Of a stretch of 28,106 bases of DNA, positions 8,912 through 16,633 are shown piece by piece. Each line of letters starts with the position of its first letter. Position 1 is the first letter of the stretch. The position numbers and the translations under genes were made by a program. This DNA comes from Candidatus Methylomirabilis limnetica. Its GTDB lineage: Bacteria > Methylomirabilota > Methylomirabilia > Methylomirabilales > Methylomirabilaceae. The stretch spans positions 1-28,106 of the forward strand of contig NZ_NVQC01000025.1 of the NCBI RefSeq assembly GCF_003044035.1. Reading direction: 5' to 3'. The notes under the pieces were generated by a model. It was not told the origin of the DNA, searched no databases, and worked only from the letters and a program-made list of their open reading frames with translations.

Positions 8912-11900
8912 ATGTCCTTAATTGAAATCTGCGTCAAGCGGCCTGTCTTTGCCACGATGCTGATCGTCTCCCTTGTCGTCATGGGGCTGGCGTCCTTCCG
9001 GGATTTGGGGCTCGATGTCTTCCCCAAGGTGGATATGCCCACCGTCACCATCACGACGAGACTCCCAGGGGCGAGCCCGGAGGAGATCGAGAGCAATATC
9101 ACGAAGCGGATCGAGGAAGCCGTAAACACGATCAACGGGATCGATGAGTTGCGATCCACCACCCTCGAGGGGCAGTCCCAGGTTTTCGTGACGTTTGTCC
9201 TGGAGCGTAAGATCGACGAGGCGGCTAACGACGTTCGGGAGAAGGTGGGAACGGTCGTCTCGGCGTTTCCCCATGGCACCGAGGCCCCGGCTATCGAGAA
9301 GTTCGACCCCGACTCTGCTCCAATCATGGCGATTGTCGTCTCCGGCAAGCGCTCGGCCCGCGAGATTACGGAGCTTGCCGACAAGAAGATCAAGCGGCAG
9401 CTCGAAACCGTCAAGGACATCGGGGCGGTCACCCTCGTCGGCGACCGGAAGCGAGAGATCCAGCTTGTCGTGGAGCCCCACCGCCTCGAGGCCTACAACC
9501 TCTCGATCCAACAGGTCAAGACGGCTGTCCAGCGCCAGAACGTTGAGGTCCCTGGAGGTAACATCACCTGGCAGACGCGGGAGCAGGGGCTCCGGACGCT
9601 GGGGCGGATCGAGCGGGCAGCCGACTGGAGCGACCTGATCGTGGCGGATTACAAGGGCGCCCCCGTCCGGATTCGAGACATCGGCTCCGCGCTGGACGGC
9701 GAAGAGGAACCGCGCACCCTTTCTCGCCTTGACGGCAAGAGCGCCGTTTCCCTCCTGGTCCAGAAGCAGTCCGGGACCAACACCGTGGCCGTGGTCGATC
9801 GGGTCAAGGCGAAGCTGCAAGAGATCAAAGCCAACCTGCCGCCTGATGTGGAGTTCCAGGTGGTGCGCGATGTATCGCGGTTCATCAAGCGCTCGATCGC
9901 GGAAGTGGAGGAGCACCTGATGCTGGGCGGGCTGCTGGCCAGCCTCATCGTGGCCTTCTTCATCGGGCGCCTCGTGCGGCGGGAGCAGGTCGTCCTGGGG
10001 GCGCTGCTTGGAGGCCTCACCCTGGCGTTCTTCCATGGCGATCCGGAGCTGTTGCGCGTCGTTGTGCTCTGGTCGATCGCTGTGACCCTGGTCCTCTTCC
10101 TCTTCATCCCGCGCCTTCGGCCCGCTTTCATCGCCGCGATCTCGATCCCGGTCTCGATCATCGCTACCTTTACCATCATGCGGGTGGCGGGCTTTACCCT
10201 GAACAATCTCACCATGCTTGGCCTCTCCCTCTCCACCGGGATCGTCATCGACGACGCCATCATTGTGCTGGAGAATATCTTCCGCCACATCGAGGAGGAA
10301 AGGCGTCTTCCGATGGAGGCGGCGGTGACCGGCGCCAAAGAGATTGTCCTGGCGGTTATGGCTACGACCCTCTCGCTAGTGGTTATCTTTCTCCCTGTTG
10401 CCTTCATGGGGGGGCTCGTCGGACGGTTCTGGAACAGCTTTGGTCTGACGGCCACCTTCGCCATCCTCGTCTCGCTACTCGTGGCGTTCACCCTGACTCC
10501 GATGCTCTCCGCTCGGATGCTGAAGCCTGTGATGAGCCCAGTCGAACCATCAGAGGACCTCGGCCAAGGCCATGGCGGACACCGACAGCACGATCAGGGA
10601 TCCAAGGCGACGCACGTCTATGCCTTTCTAGAGCGCAATTACGACGGGCTCCTCGTCTGGTGCCTGAATCACCGGGCTATTGTCCTGCTGCTGGCCGGTT
10701 CACTGTTGCTCTCAACCGTCCTCATCGGCAGGCAGATGAAGCTGGATTTCGTAGTCGATGACGACATGAGCGAATTCGAGGTTATCGTTGAGACGCCGCC
10801 CGGCTCCTCACTCGACCGGAGCGACGGGATCCTTCGGCGGCTTGAGGCCGATCTAAAGACCATCCCGGAGGTGGAGCATCTGTTCACCAGTATCGGGGTG
10901 CGAGGGAAGGACCGCGCCAACATCACCGACGCCTCGATCTATGTGGGGCTCACGCACCTGAGGGCGCGGACACGTTCGCAGCAGGCGATCATGCAGGAGG
11001 TCCGACAGATGTTCAGGGCCTACCCCGACCTGAGAATCAGCGCGCAACAGATCAGCCTGATCTCGGGGGGCGGCTTTAAGCAGACCCCATTCAATCTCGT
11101 GCTTCGTGGCCCGGATTTGCAGCAGCTAGATGGCTACGCCCAGGCCCTCATCAAGCGCCTCACTGCCATCCCTGGGTTCGTGGATGTGGACACCAGCCAG
11201 GCCCAGCGGCGGCCTGAGGTGCAGGTCCGGATCGATCGGCAGAAGGCATCGGACCTGGGGATCAGGGCGGAGGATGTCGCGCTCGCTCTCCGGACGATGG
11301 TGGGTGGGGAGAAGGTCGGTTTCTACCGGGAGGGAGGCGAGCAGTACGACGTCCGCCTGCGGCTTAAGGACGACTACCGAAAGGATGCGTCCGCCATATC
11401 GGCCCTGACGGTGCCGGCCGCTGCCAACCGGCTGGTCAAGCTGAACAATGTCGTCAGCCTGAATCCAGGACGGGCGCCGGCACAGATCGATCGCTATGCC
11501 CAGGAGCGACAGATCACGGTCCAGGCGAACCTCCACCAAATGGTGCTGGGGGAGGCGACCGCCCAGGCCGATGCGGCCATCAAAGCGGTAGGGATGTCTC
11601 CCGGCTACTCGACCGCGTACCTTGGCCGCGGCAAGTTGATGGCCGAGGCGTTCTACAACTTCGCGATCGCGTTTGTCCTCTCCATCATGTTCATCTACAT
11701 CGTCCTCGCAGCCCAGTTCGAGAGTTTCATCCACCCGATCACCATCATGGTTTCGATGTTTCTGTCGATTCCCTTCGGTCTTGTAAGCCTCCTGGCCGCA
11801 GGTCAGACCCTGAATATCTATAGCGTCATGGGGTTGTTCCTTCTCATGGGAGTCGTTAAGAAGAATGCCATCCTCCAGGTGGACTTTACGAATGTGCTCC

Positions 11901-12325
11901 GCGCGCGCGGCAAGCCCCGATACGAGGCGCAACTGGAGGCCGACCGGGCGCGGCTTCGGCCGATCCTCATGACGACGCTCGCCATCATTGCTGGAATGTT
12001 GCCGGTCGCCTTAGGCAAGGGCGACGGCTCCGCCTCCAGGGCCTCACTCGCCACCGCCGTGGTCGGCGGCCAGACCCTCTGCCTCTTAATAACGCTACTG
12101 GTGACTCCGGTCGTCTACTCGTACTTCGACGATCTCCGCGGGCTTCGGATCGTCTCGTGGTTATATGAGGTTCGCCTGTGGGCATGGTTGCGGGCGAAGC
12201 CTGCTCCTGGCCTCTCCCCTCACCCCGACCCTCTCCCCAGAGAGGAGAGGGGACTCAACCATAACCTCCTCTCCCCCGTGGGGGAGAGGATAAAGGTGAG
12301 GGGGCAACGGGACGGGTCAGGGTAG
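8912..12325 (+). CDS. RND efflux transporter permease (AcrB/HAE1-like) with an atypical TM insertion and a repeat-derived C-terminal tail
   Basis: 1137-aa ORF. AcrB-like blocks include IDDAIIVLENI, the porter-domain pattern, and a second TM bundle with GVVKKNAILQVDF. The C-terminal ~40 aa are translated from hairpin repeats. Confidence 0.9.
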   Translation: MSLIEICVKRPVFATMLIVSLVVMGLASFRDLGLDVFPKVDMPTVTITTRLPGASPEEIESNITKRIEEAVNTINGIDELRSTTLEGQSQVFVTFVLERKIDEAANDVREKVGTVVSAFPHGTEAPAIEKFDPDSAPIMAIVVSGKRSAREITELADKKIKRQLETVKDIGAVTLVGDRKREIQLVVEPHRLEAYNLSIQQVKTAVQRQNVEVPGGNITWQTREQGLRTLGRIERAADWSDLIVADYKGAPVRIRDIGSALDGEEEPRTLSRLDGKSAVSLLVQKQSGTNTVAVVDRVKAKLQEIKANLPPDVEFQVVRDVSRFIKRSIAEVEEHLMLGGLLASLIVAFFIGRLVRREQVVLGALLGGLTLAFFHGDPELLRVVVLWSIAVTLVLFLFIPRLRPAFIAAISIPVSIIATFTIMRVAGFTLNNLTMLGLSLSTGIVIDDAIIVLENIFRHIEEERRLPMEAAVTGAKEIVLAVMATTLSLVVIFLPVAFMGGLVGRFWNSFGLTATFAILVSLLVAFTLTPMLSARMLKPVMSPVEPSEDLGQGHGGHRQHDQGSKATHVYAFLERNYDGLLVWCLNHRAIVLLLAGSLLLSTVLIGRQMKLDFVVDDDMSEFEVIVETPPGSSLDRSDGILRRLEADLKTIPEVEHLFTSIGVRGKDRANITDASIYVGLTHLRARTRSQQAIMQEVRQMFRAYPDLRISAQQISLISGGGFKQTPFNLVLRGPDLQQLDGYAQALIKRLTAIPGFVDVDTSQAQRRPEVQVRIDRQKASDLGIRAEDVALALRTMVGGEKVGFYREGGEQYDVRLRLKDDYRKDASAISALTVPAAANRLVKLNNVVSLNPGRAPAQIDRYAQERQITVQANLHQMVLGEATAQADAAIKAVGMSPGYSTAYLGRGKLMAEAFYNFAIAFVLSIMFIYIVLAAQFESFIHPITIMVSMFLSIPFGLVSLLAAGQTLNIYSVMGLFLLMGVVKKNAILQVDFTNVLRARGKPRYEAQLEADRARLRPILMTTLAIIAGMLPVALGKGDGSASRASLATAVVGGQTLCLLITLLVTPVVYSYFDDLRGLRIVSWLYEVRLWAWLRAKPAPGLSPHPDPLPREERGLNHNLLSPVGERIKVRGQRDGSG
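12211..12301. repeat. Two G/C hairpin repeats (CCCTCTCC..GGAGAGGG; CCTCTCCCCC-gtg-GGGGGAGAGG)
   Basis: Palindromes read directly. They lie inside the 3' end of the RND ORF and encode LSPHPDPLPREERG..LLSPVGERIKVRG. Confidence 0.75.
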
Positions 12326-12358
12326 GGCACACGGTGAAGCTTTAGGCGAGGGCGGAAG

Positions 12359-12640
12359 ATGGAACTGACGCGGCGGCAGGAGATCATGACGATGCTCCGG
12401 GAGGGCGAGTGGACGTTGGACGAGCTGGCCATGAACTTCGTGGTGTCAAAAAAGGTGATCATCGATGACCTCGAGCATATCGCCCGCTCTGTCCCAAGGC
12501 CCTCTCGCCTCCAGATCCATCCCCCAACCTGCGAGGTGTGCGGCTATCGCTTCAAGGACCGGGCGAAGTACAACGATCCTTCCCGGTGCCCAATGTGCAA
12601 AAACGAACACCTTCGCTCCCAACGATTCCAGATCGTCTGA
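12359..12640 (+). CDS. Small transcriptional regulator: HTH domain fused to a C-terminal Zn-ribbon (COG3357-like)
   Basis: 93 aa. The N-terminal winged-helix-like segment is RRQEIMTMLREGEWTLDELA. Two CxxC pairs (CEVCG, CPMCK) form the ribbon. Confidence 0.7.
   Translation: MELTRRQEIMTMLREGEWTLDELAMNFVVSKKVIIDDLEHIARSVPRPSRLQIHPPTCEVCGYRFKDRAKYNDPSRCPMCKNEHLRSQRFQIV
12469..12583 (+). repeat. 115-bp direct repeat, copy 1 (inside the HTH/Zn-ribbon gene)
   Basis: 113 of 115 nt are identical to 23783-23897 (counted by hand). The mismatches are tac/ttc and aac/aat. Confidence 0.95.
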
Positions 12641-12709
12641 TGAGATGTACCGTAACGTCGCTTTGAATCCACTGGGGGTTCATTCCCCGCGGCTTACCAC
12701 GAGTTCGTC

Positions 12710-12768
12710 ATACCGGCGGAAGCCGGTATCCAGAGTGACCCGACTGGATTCCGTGTCAAGCACGGAAT
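12710..12768. repeat. REP-like double hairpin (ATACCGGC-ggaa-GCCGGTAT; ATTCCGTG-tcaag-CACGGAAT)
   Basis: Perfect 8-bp stems read directly, downstream of the Zn-ribbon gene. It may also act as a terminator. Confidence 0.75.
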
Positions 12769-12807
12769 GACGGGCCAGAACAGAAGACGATACCCTGCAG
12801 CTTACTG

Positions 12808-12851
12808 CGGGGTAGTTCATTCAGCCTCGCAAGAAAGTAAGACTAAGGGAG
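12808..12851 (+). ncRNA. Candidate preQ1-I riboswitch in the queF leader
   Basis: A 5-bp P1 (CGGGG 12808-12812 / CCUCG 12825-12829) encloses a 12-nt loop starting UAGU. An A-rich tail follows, then ACUAAGGGAG. ACUA can pair with the loop UAGU to form a pseudoknot, and the tail overlaps the SD 10 nt before the ATG. The tail is longer than in textbook examples. Confidence 0.35.
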
Positions 12852-12861
12852 AACAGACGTC

Positions 12862-13218
12862 ATGTCCACGCAACCGTCAAAAGAGATCGAGATCTTTCCC
12901 AACCCTGAGCCTGGGCGCGATTACGAGATCCAGATGACCTGCCCTGAGTTTACCTGCCTCTGCCCGAAGACCGGCCAGCCTGACTTCGCGATCCTGACGC
13001 TCACCTATGTTCCTGACCAGTCGTGCATCGAGTTAAAATCGTTCAAACTCTACCTCTGGTCCTTCCGGAACGAGGGCCACTTTCATGAGGCGGTCACGAA
13101 CCGGATCCTGGATGACCTCGTCAAGGCTTGCCGGCCCCGCTTCATGAAGCTGGTCGCCGACTTCTACGTCCGCGGCGGTATCCACACCATCATTACCGTC
13201 ACGCATCAGCAGTCGTAG
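12862..13218 (+). CDS. queF: NADPH-dependent 7-cyano-7-deazaguanine (preQ0) reductase, type I
   Basis: 118 aa with the catalytic-Cys motif [14 protein letters not shown], the [11 protein letters not shown] block and the EAVTNRI helix, as in YkvM-type QueF. Confidence 0.9.
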   Translation: MSTQPSKEIEIFPNPEPGRDYEIQMTCPEFTCLCPKTGQPDFAILTLTYVPDQSCIELKSFKLYLWSFRNEGHFHEAVTNRILDDLVKACRPRFMKLVADFYVRGGIHTIITVTHQQS

Positions 13219-13220
13219 GG

Positions 13221-13563
13221 ACGCGCTACGGTGGACGGGTAGGGGAGGATCTCTTCTATCCGGGCTACTTCAAGTATTCTAATCGCGACAACCTGGTGAC
13301 CGCCACCGGGCCGGGAGGCCGCCGATGATTGGAGGGCATACCGGGGCGGCTTACGGCTTGACTGGGAGCCTTCCACCCGCGATACGGTGACAGTTCAGGG
13401 CGACCTCTATAAGGGCGATTTCGGCCAGACGCTCACGCTTCCCTCCCTCCTCCCCCCCTTCTCGGGCAGCTCCGACAGCCTGGGCGATTTTGCGGGGGGC
13501 AACCTCCTCACACGCTTCAGGCATAGGGCGGCTGATCGCAGGGAGACCACCCTCCAGTTTTAC
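13221..13563 (+). pseudogene. Internal fragment of a TonB-dependent-receptor-like beta-barrel gene, frameshifted
   Basis: Two frames read RYGGRVGEDLFYPGYFKYSNRDNLV..ATG and DDWRAYRGGLRLDWEPSTRDTVTVQGDLYKG...GGNLLTRFRHR...TLQFY. This resembles a TBDR barrel segment from memory. A frameshift lies near 13298-13325. The fragment has no start or plug domain and stops at the IR-like sequence. Confidence 0.4.
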
Positions 13564-13597
13564 GGGTCTTCTCCCGAGTGAGTGGGTAAAAATCAGG
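13564..13597 (+). repeat. ISL3-like terminal sequence, copy 1 (GGGTCTTCTCCCGAGTGAGTGGGTAAAAATCAGG)
   Basis: About 26 of 33 nt match 23697-23730 in the same orientation. A GGCTCTTC-type start is what I recall for ISL3-family IRs. An ISL3-like transposase fragment lies 480 bp downstream. Confidence 0.45.
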
Positions 13598-13628
13598 TAA
13601 TAAATGGCACATGGCAGGAAAGTGTGGG

Positions 13629-14051
13629 TTACAGTTTGGACCTCCTCCCCCCTTGAGGGGGAGGATTGAGGTGGGGGGTCAAGACTTGTCGGATCTCCTC
13701 CACGACCGAAACGGGATGGCGTAACAGATCGTGGTCCCAAAACCGAACGACACGATATCCATGGCTCTGCAACCAGCCGGTCCGTTCCGTATCGTAGTTG
13801 AGCTGTGCCGCATGCTGCCCTCCATCCACTTCAACGATCAGTTTGCGTTCCAAACAGGCGAAATCCACAATGTACGGGCCCATCGGGTGCTGCCGCCGAA
13901 AACGATACCCGTCAATCTGCCGTAGCCGGATGCGACGCCACAGAGCCCTTTCGGCATCCGGAGGATCCTTCCTGAGAACGCGAGCCCTTCTGCTCACCCC
14001 CCCATCCTCACCTTCCCCCTCGCAGGGGGGAAGGGACACATCCACCAACAC
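13629..14051 (-). CDS. DUF559 (Vsr-like) endonuclease domain protein
   Basis: RARVLRKDPPDAERALWRRIR...GYRFRRQHPMGPYIVDFACLERKLIVEVDGGQH...RTGWLQSHGYRVVRFW is the DUF559 signature. Both ORF ends run into G/C hairpin repeats (13641-13678 and 13995-14039), so the true start may be internal. Confidence 0.8.
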   Translation of the reverse strand: MLVDVSLPPCEGEGEDGGVSRRARVLRKDPPDAERALWRRIRLRQIDGYRFRRQHPMGPYIVDFACLERKLIVEVDGGQHAAQLNYDTERTGWLQSHGYRVVRFWDHDLLRHPVSVVEEIRQVLTPHLNPPPQGGRRSKL

Positions 14052-14074
14052 CTTCCTGCCAAGAGCCTAATGAA

Positions 14075-14260
14075 TTGTCGAAGGTGGGCTCCGGACAAGG
14101 GTTTACTGGGTTTGAGGTGATGCGAAAAAGTGGTCTGTTCTACGAATACGAAAAAGGAGAAGGCTTGACCTTTTACACGAAGCGGTTTGCCTTCTTTGTG
14201 GGACGACGCTGCCGGGCCTCCACCCTGCAGGACGTGGCCAACAAGCTGCATCTGAACTGA
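14075..14260 (+). pseudogene. ISL3-family transposase N-terminal fragment
   Basis: TKRFAFFVGRRCRASTLQDVANKLHLN resembles the HTH_Tnp_ISL3 segment (TKRF..fv...c...t..dVA..l.l.W). It is truncated at both ends. Confidence 0.45.
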
Positions 14261-14262
14261 AA

Positions 14263-14484
14263 TGTCAGGGGACGATGCGGATCATCAGTGTCATCGAGGA
14301 CCCGTCGGTGATCCGGGACCTCCTCAATCATCTGGGACTCTGGCCGGCAAGCACAAGACCACCACCAAAAGCTCACGCCACACCAATCTGGGAATACGCC
14401 GCTTGCGATCTCCAACTTCAAACACACGCTGAGACTATCTACGGCGACCCCGACTACACCTGGGATGAAGACAGACAGCCATAA
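14263..14484 (+). pseudogene. IS91-family (Y2 rolling-circle) transposase C-terminal fragment, copy A
   Basis: KCQGTMRIISVIEDPSVIRDLLNHLGLW..RPPP...DPDYTWDED resembles the Zn-finger tail and extreme C-terminus of IS91-family transposases, as I recall them. It abuts the ISL3 fragment with no intervening start. Confidence 0.55.
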
Positions 14485-14596
14485 CGCATTGTGAAACAAA
14501 GGCGTGCAGGAGAGGTCTGTCTGTATTGTGCTCACAAATGCCCTCTTGCCGGGTGACTCGACCACAAGATGAGCTGATTTCTCAAAAGAGCGGTCC
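14290..14596 (+). repeat. ~305-bp direct repeat, copy A (IS91-like 3' coding end plus ~110 nt downstream)
   Basis: Aligns colinearly with 16256-16560, at roughly four-fifths identity by eye. Confidence 0.85.
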
Positions 14597-14657
14597 CCGA
14601 TCCACCTTCCTTACCCAACCGCATCGCCAGCCCCTGTTTTTCGATGCACAATATCTG

Positions 14658-14686
14658 TTGACAAGCAACAACAGCCTTCCTATACT
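14658..14686 (+). promoter_or_regulatory. Sigma70-type promoter, module copy A: TTGACA-17 nt-TATACT
   Basis: Hexamers and spacer were counted directly. It lies 144 nt upstream of the GGDEF-PilZ ATG and is part of the triplicated module 14618-14745. Confidence 0.6.
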
Positions 14687-14829
14687 TCCAGCCATCGAAA
14701 GCAATGCCTTATCAAAATAAATAAATCAAACAAACAAACAAACAATGTTACGCTCACCAGGCTGCCCGCTTGATAGGGGCGACCGCCACCCCTTTCGTTA
14801 AACGCGCACCCGCAGGAAGCTTAGTCTTT

Positions 14830-16014
14830 ATGGAGAATTTAACCGAGTTCGAAGCTTTCAAAGATCGCGTCATCTCGCTAGTGTCAGAGGACTCGCTCAA
14901 CCGGAAATTCCTCACTGAGCAGATCAACGAAATTTTCCTCCAGCGCGTCGATGGCTGCCTCTATTCCCGGCTTCTGGCGCTCTTCGTCCACTTGGACTTT
15001 GATGAAGCCGAGGCCCAGCGCCACTGGGTGAGCATACTCGATAATTACAACTACTTTCATGAGGTACTGCGGCGCAAGGTGGGGCTGCGGGTGGCGATGT
15101 TTGACTACTTTCTCAATAGTAATCAGCTCCTCCAGAACCCGATCCTCGTCGAAATCCATCTGTTCCAGCAGGCCACCTTTATGGCCATGCAAGACCACCT
15201 CACCAATCTCTTCAACCGCCGCTATTTCGATATCGCCCTGGAAAAGGAAATCAAGCGCTCCGCGCGCTGGCAAACAGATTTCTCGTTACTGATGATCGAC
15301 CTGGATAATTTCAAACAGGTCAACGACGTGCACGGCCACCTCTTCGGGGATAAGGTGCTCAAGGATCTCGCCGCAGTGCTGAAACAGCTCAGCCGGGAAG
15401 AAGATACCGTCTGCCGCTACGGGGGCGAAGAGTTTATCGTCTTGCTGCCGGGCACCACCGCGAGCGGCGCGCTTCACTACGGGGAGCGGGTGCGGGCCGC
15501 CTTGGCAGAAAACGATTTTTTGTATCGCCATCACATCACCTTCAGTGGCGGGATCGCCACCTTTCCCGCCGATGGCAGCGAGGCGGTGACCTTGCTCAAG
15601 GGTGCCGATGTCTCGCTTTATCAAGCCAAGTTTTCCGGAAAAGATTGCATCGTCAAAAGTTCCCAGGAACGTCGCCATGGCAAACGCCATCCCCAAACCT
15701 GGCAGATCAGCTACCAGCCGCTGGAGCAGACCTTCACCACCCCTGAGATTCACGAGGCTTACGCTCAGGACGTCTCACTCGGCGGCGTCAGATTTGAAAT
15801 GGCGCAAGTGTTTTCCCTGGACGACAAATTATTGCTCCACATCAAGCTCCCCGAGCTTCAGGGCGTCATCGTTGTCGGGAAGGTCGCCTGGATCCGAAAA
15901 CTGGAGTCGAACCGCTACGAATATGGCCTGCAGTTTCACGATCTGAAAGCCGAGCAGGTGGAAAATTTTAAAAAGGCTTTACCTGGAGGCGAAGCTTCCA
16001 TTCCAGATTTTTGA
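14830..16014 (+). CDS. Diguanylate cyclase (GGDEF) with intact I-site, fused to a C-terminal PilZ domain
   Basis: GGEEF at 15421-15435, preceded by RxxD (REED, from 15394). The guanine-specifying D is present (HLFGDKVL). The PilZ motifs RRHGKR (15670-15687) and DVSLGG (15769-15786) are both present. The start is taken at MENLTEF; the track start 14770 is a TTG. Confidence 0.9.
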   Translation: MENLTEFEAFKDRVISLVSEDSLNRKFLTEQINEIFLQRVDGCLYSRLLALFVHLDFDEAEAQRHWVSILDNYNYFHEVLRRKVGLRVAMFDYFLNSNQLLQNPILVEIHLFQQATFMAMQDHLTNLFNRRYFDIALEKEIKRSARWQTDFSLLMIDLDNFKQVNDVHGHLFGDKVLKDLAAVLKQLSREEDTVCRYGGEEFIVLLPGTTASGALHYGERVRAALAENDFLYRHHITFSGGIATFPADGSEAVTLLKGADVSLYQAKFSGKDCIVKSSQERRHGKRHPQTWQISYQPLEQTFTTPEIHEAYAQDVSLGGVRFEMAQVFSLDDKLLLHIKLPELQGVIVVGKVAWIRKLESNRYEYGLQFHDLKAEQVENFKKALPGGEASIPDF

Positions 16015-16129
16015 GCTACATGCGCGGCCAACAACCGCAGTGCGTCCTCTGCTTTTTTCTAACCACTTTTCTCATTGTATATTTAATTAACTGATGCGTT
16101 CATTTCGTTAAGGGTCGATACCCCGCGGC

Positions 16130-16449
16130 TTGCCGCGTCCGTGTGATCTCGATATGGCAGAAGGTGTACTCCTGGCTTCGTATGCAACTCATCCGTCTGC
16201 CCTGAAGGTATGCGGCCAGCGCCGTTGGATACCCATCAGCTTGCCGCGGGGAGGCGTCATCAAGGACCCGTCGGTGATCCGGGTTCTCCTCACTCCTCTG
16301 GGACTTTGGCTGGCAAGCGTAAGACCGCCACCACACGCTCACGCCCCGCCATCCGGGACTACACCGCTGTCGATCGAAAGCTTCACACGCATGTGGAGAC
16401 TCTCTACGGCGACCCCGACTACACCCGGGATGAAGACATGCAGTCGTGA
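16130..16449 (+). pseudogene. IS91-family transposase C-terminal fragment, copy B (disrupted)
   Basis: ..VCGQRRW..VIKDPSVIRVLLTPLGLWLASVRPPP is followed, in a shifted frame, by ETLYGDPDYTRDEDMQS. It is homologous to copy A at the nucleotide level. Confidence 0.5.
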
Positions 16450-16560
16450 CGCATCGTGAAACACAGGCGTGCAGGAGAGGCCTGTCTGCATGGCGCTCAT
16501 AAATGCCCTCTTACCGGGTGATTAGACCACAAGATGAGCTTATTACTTAAAAGAGCAGTC
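16256..16560 (+). repeat. ~305-bp direct repeat, copy B
   Basis: Colinear with 14290-14596. Confidence 0.85.
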
Positions 16561-16633
16561 ATATACATCTATCTTAGCAAAAATCATCGTAATATACTGC
16601 GATTAGATGTATAATATCATTGCACAATGATTA

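Noticed and set aside
8918-11932. Long minus-strand ORFs (8918..10288, 9649..10491, 11126..11932) opposite the RND pump
   Set aside because: They are antisense shadows with highly biased Arg/Asp/Gly composition. The plus-strand AcrB-like gene explains the region.
13351-13740. 129-aa minus-strand ORF, plus 13128..13328 and 13387..13581 as separate real genes
   Set aside because: The plus-strand pieces are two frames of one decayed receptor-like gene. The minus-strand ORF spans the IR-like sequence and a hairpin repeat and has no motifs.
14690-14829. c-di-GMP (GEMM-I/II) riboswitch in the leaders of the island genes
   Set aside because: I looked for the GEMM conserved cores (GGCAAA..GGGAC.., tetraloop-receptor pairs) in all three leaders and found nothing resembling them. 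The conserved leader block is A/T-rich and unstructured by eye.
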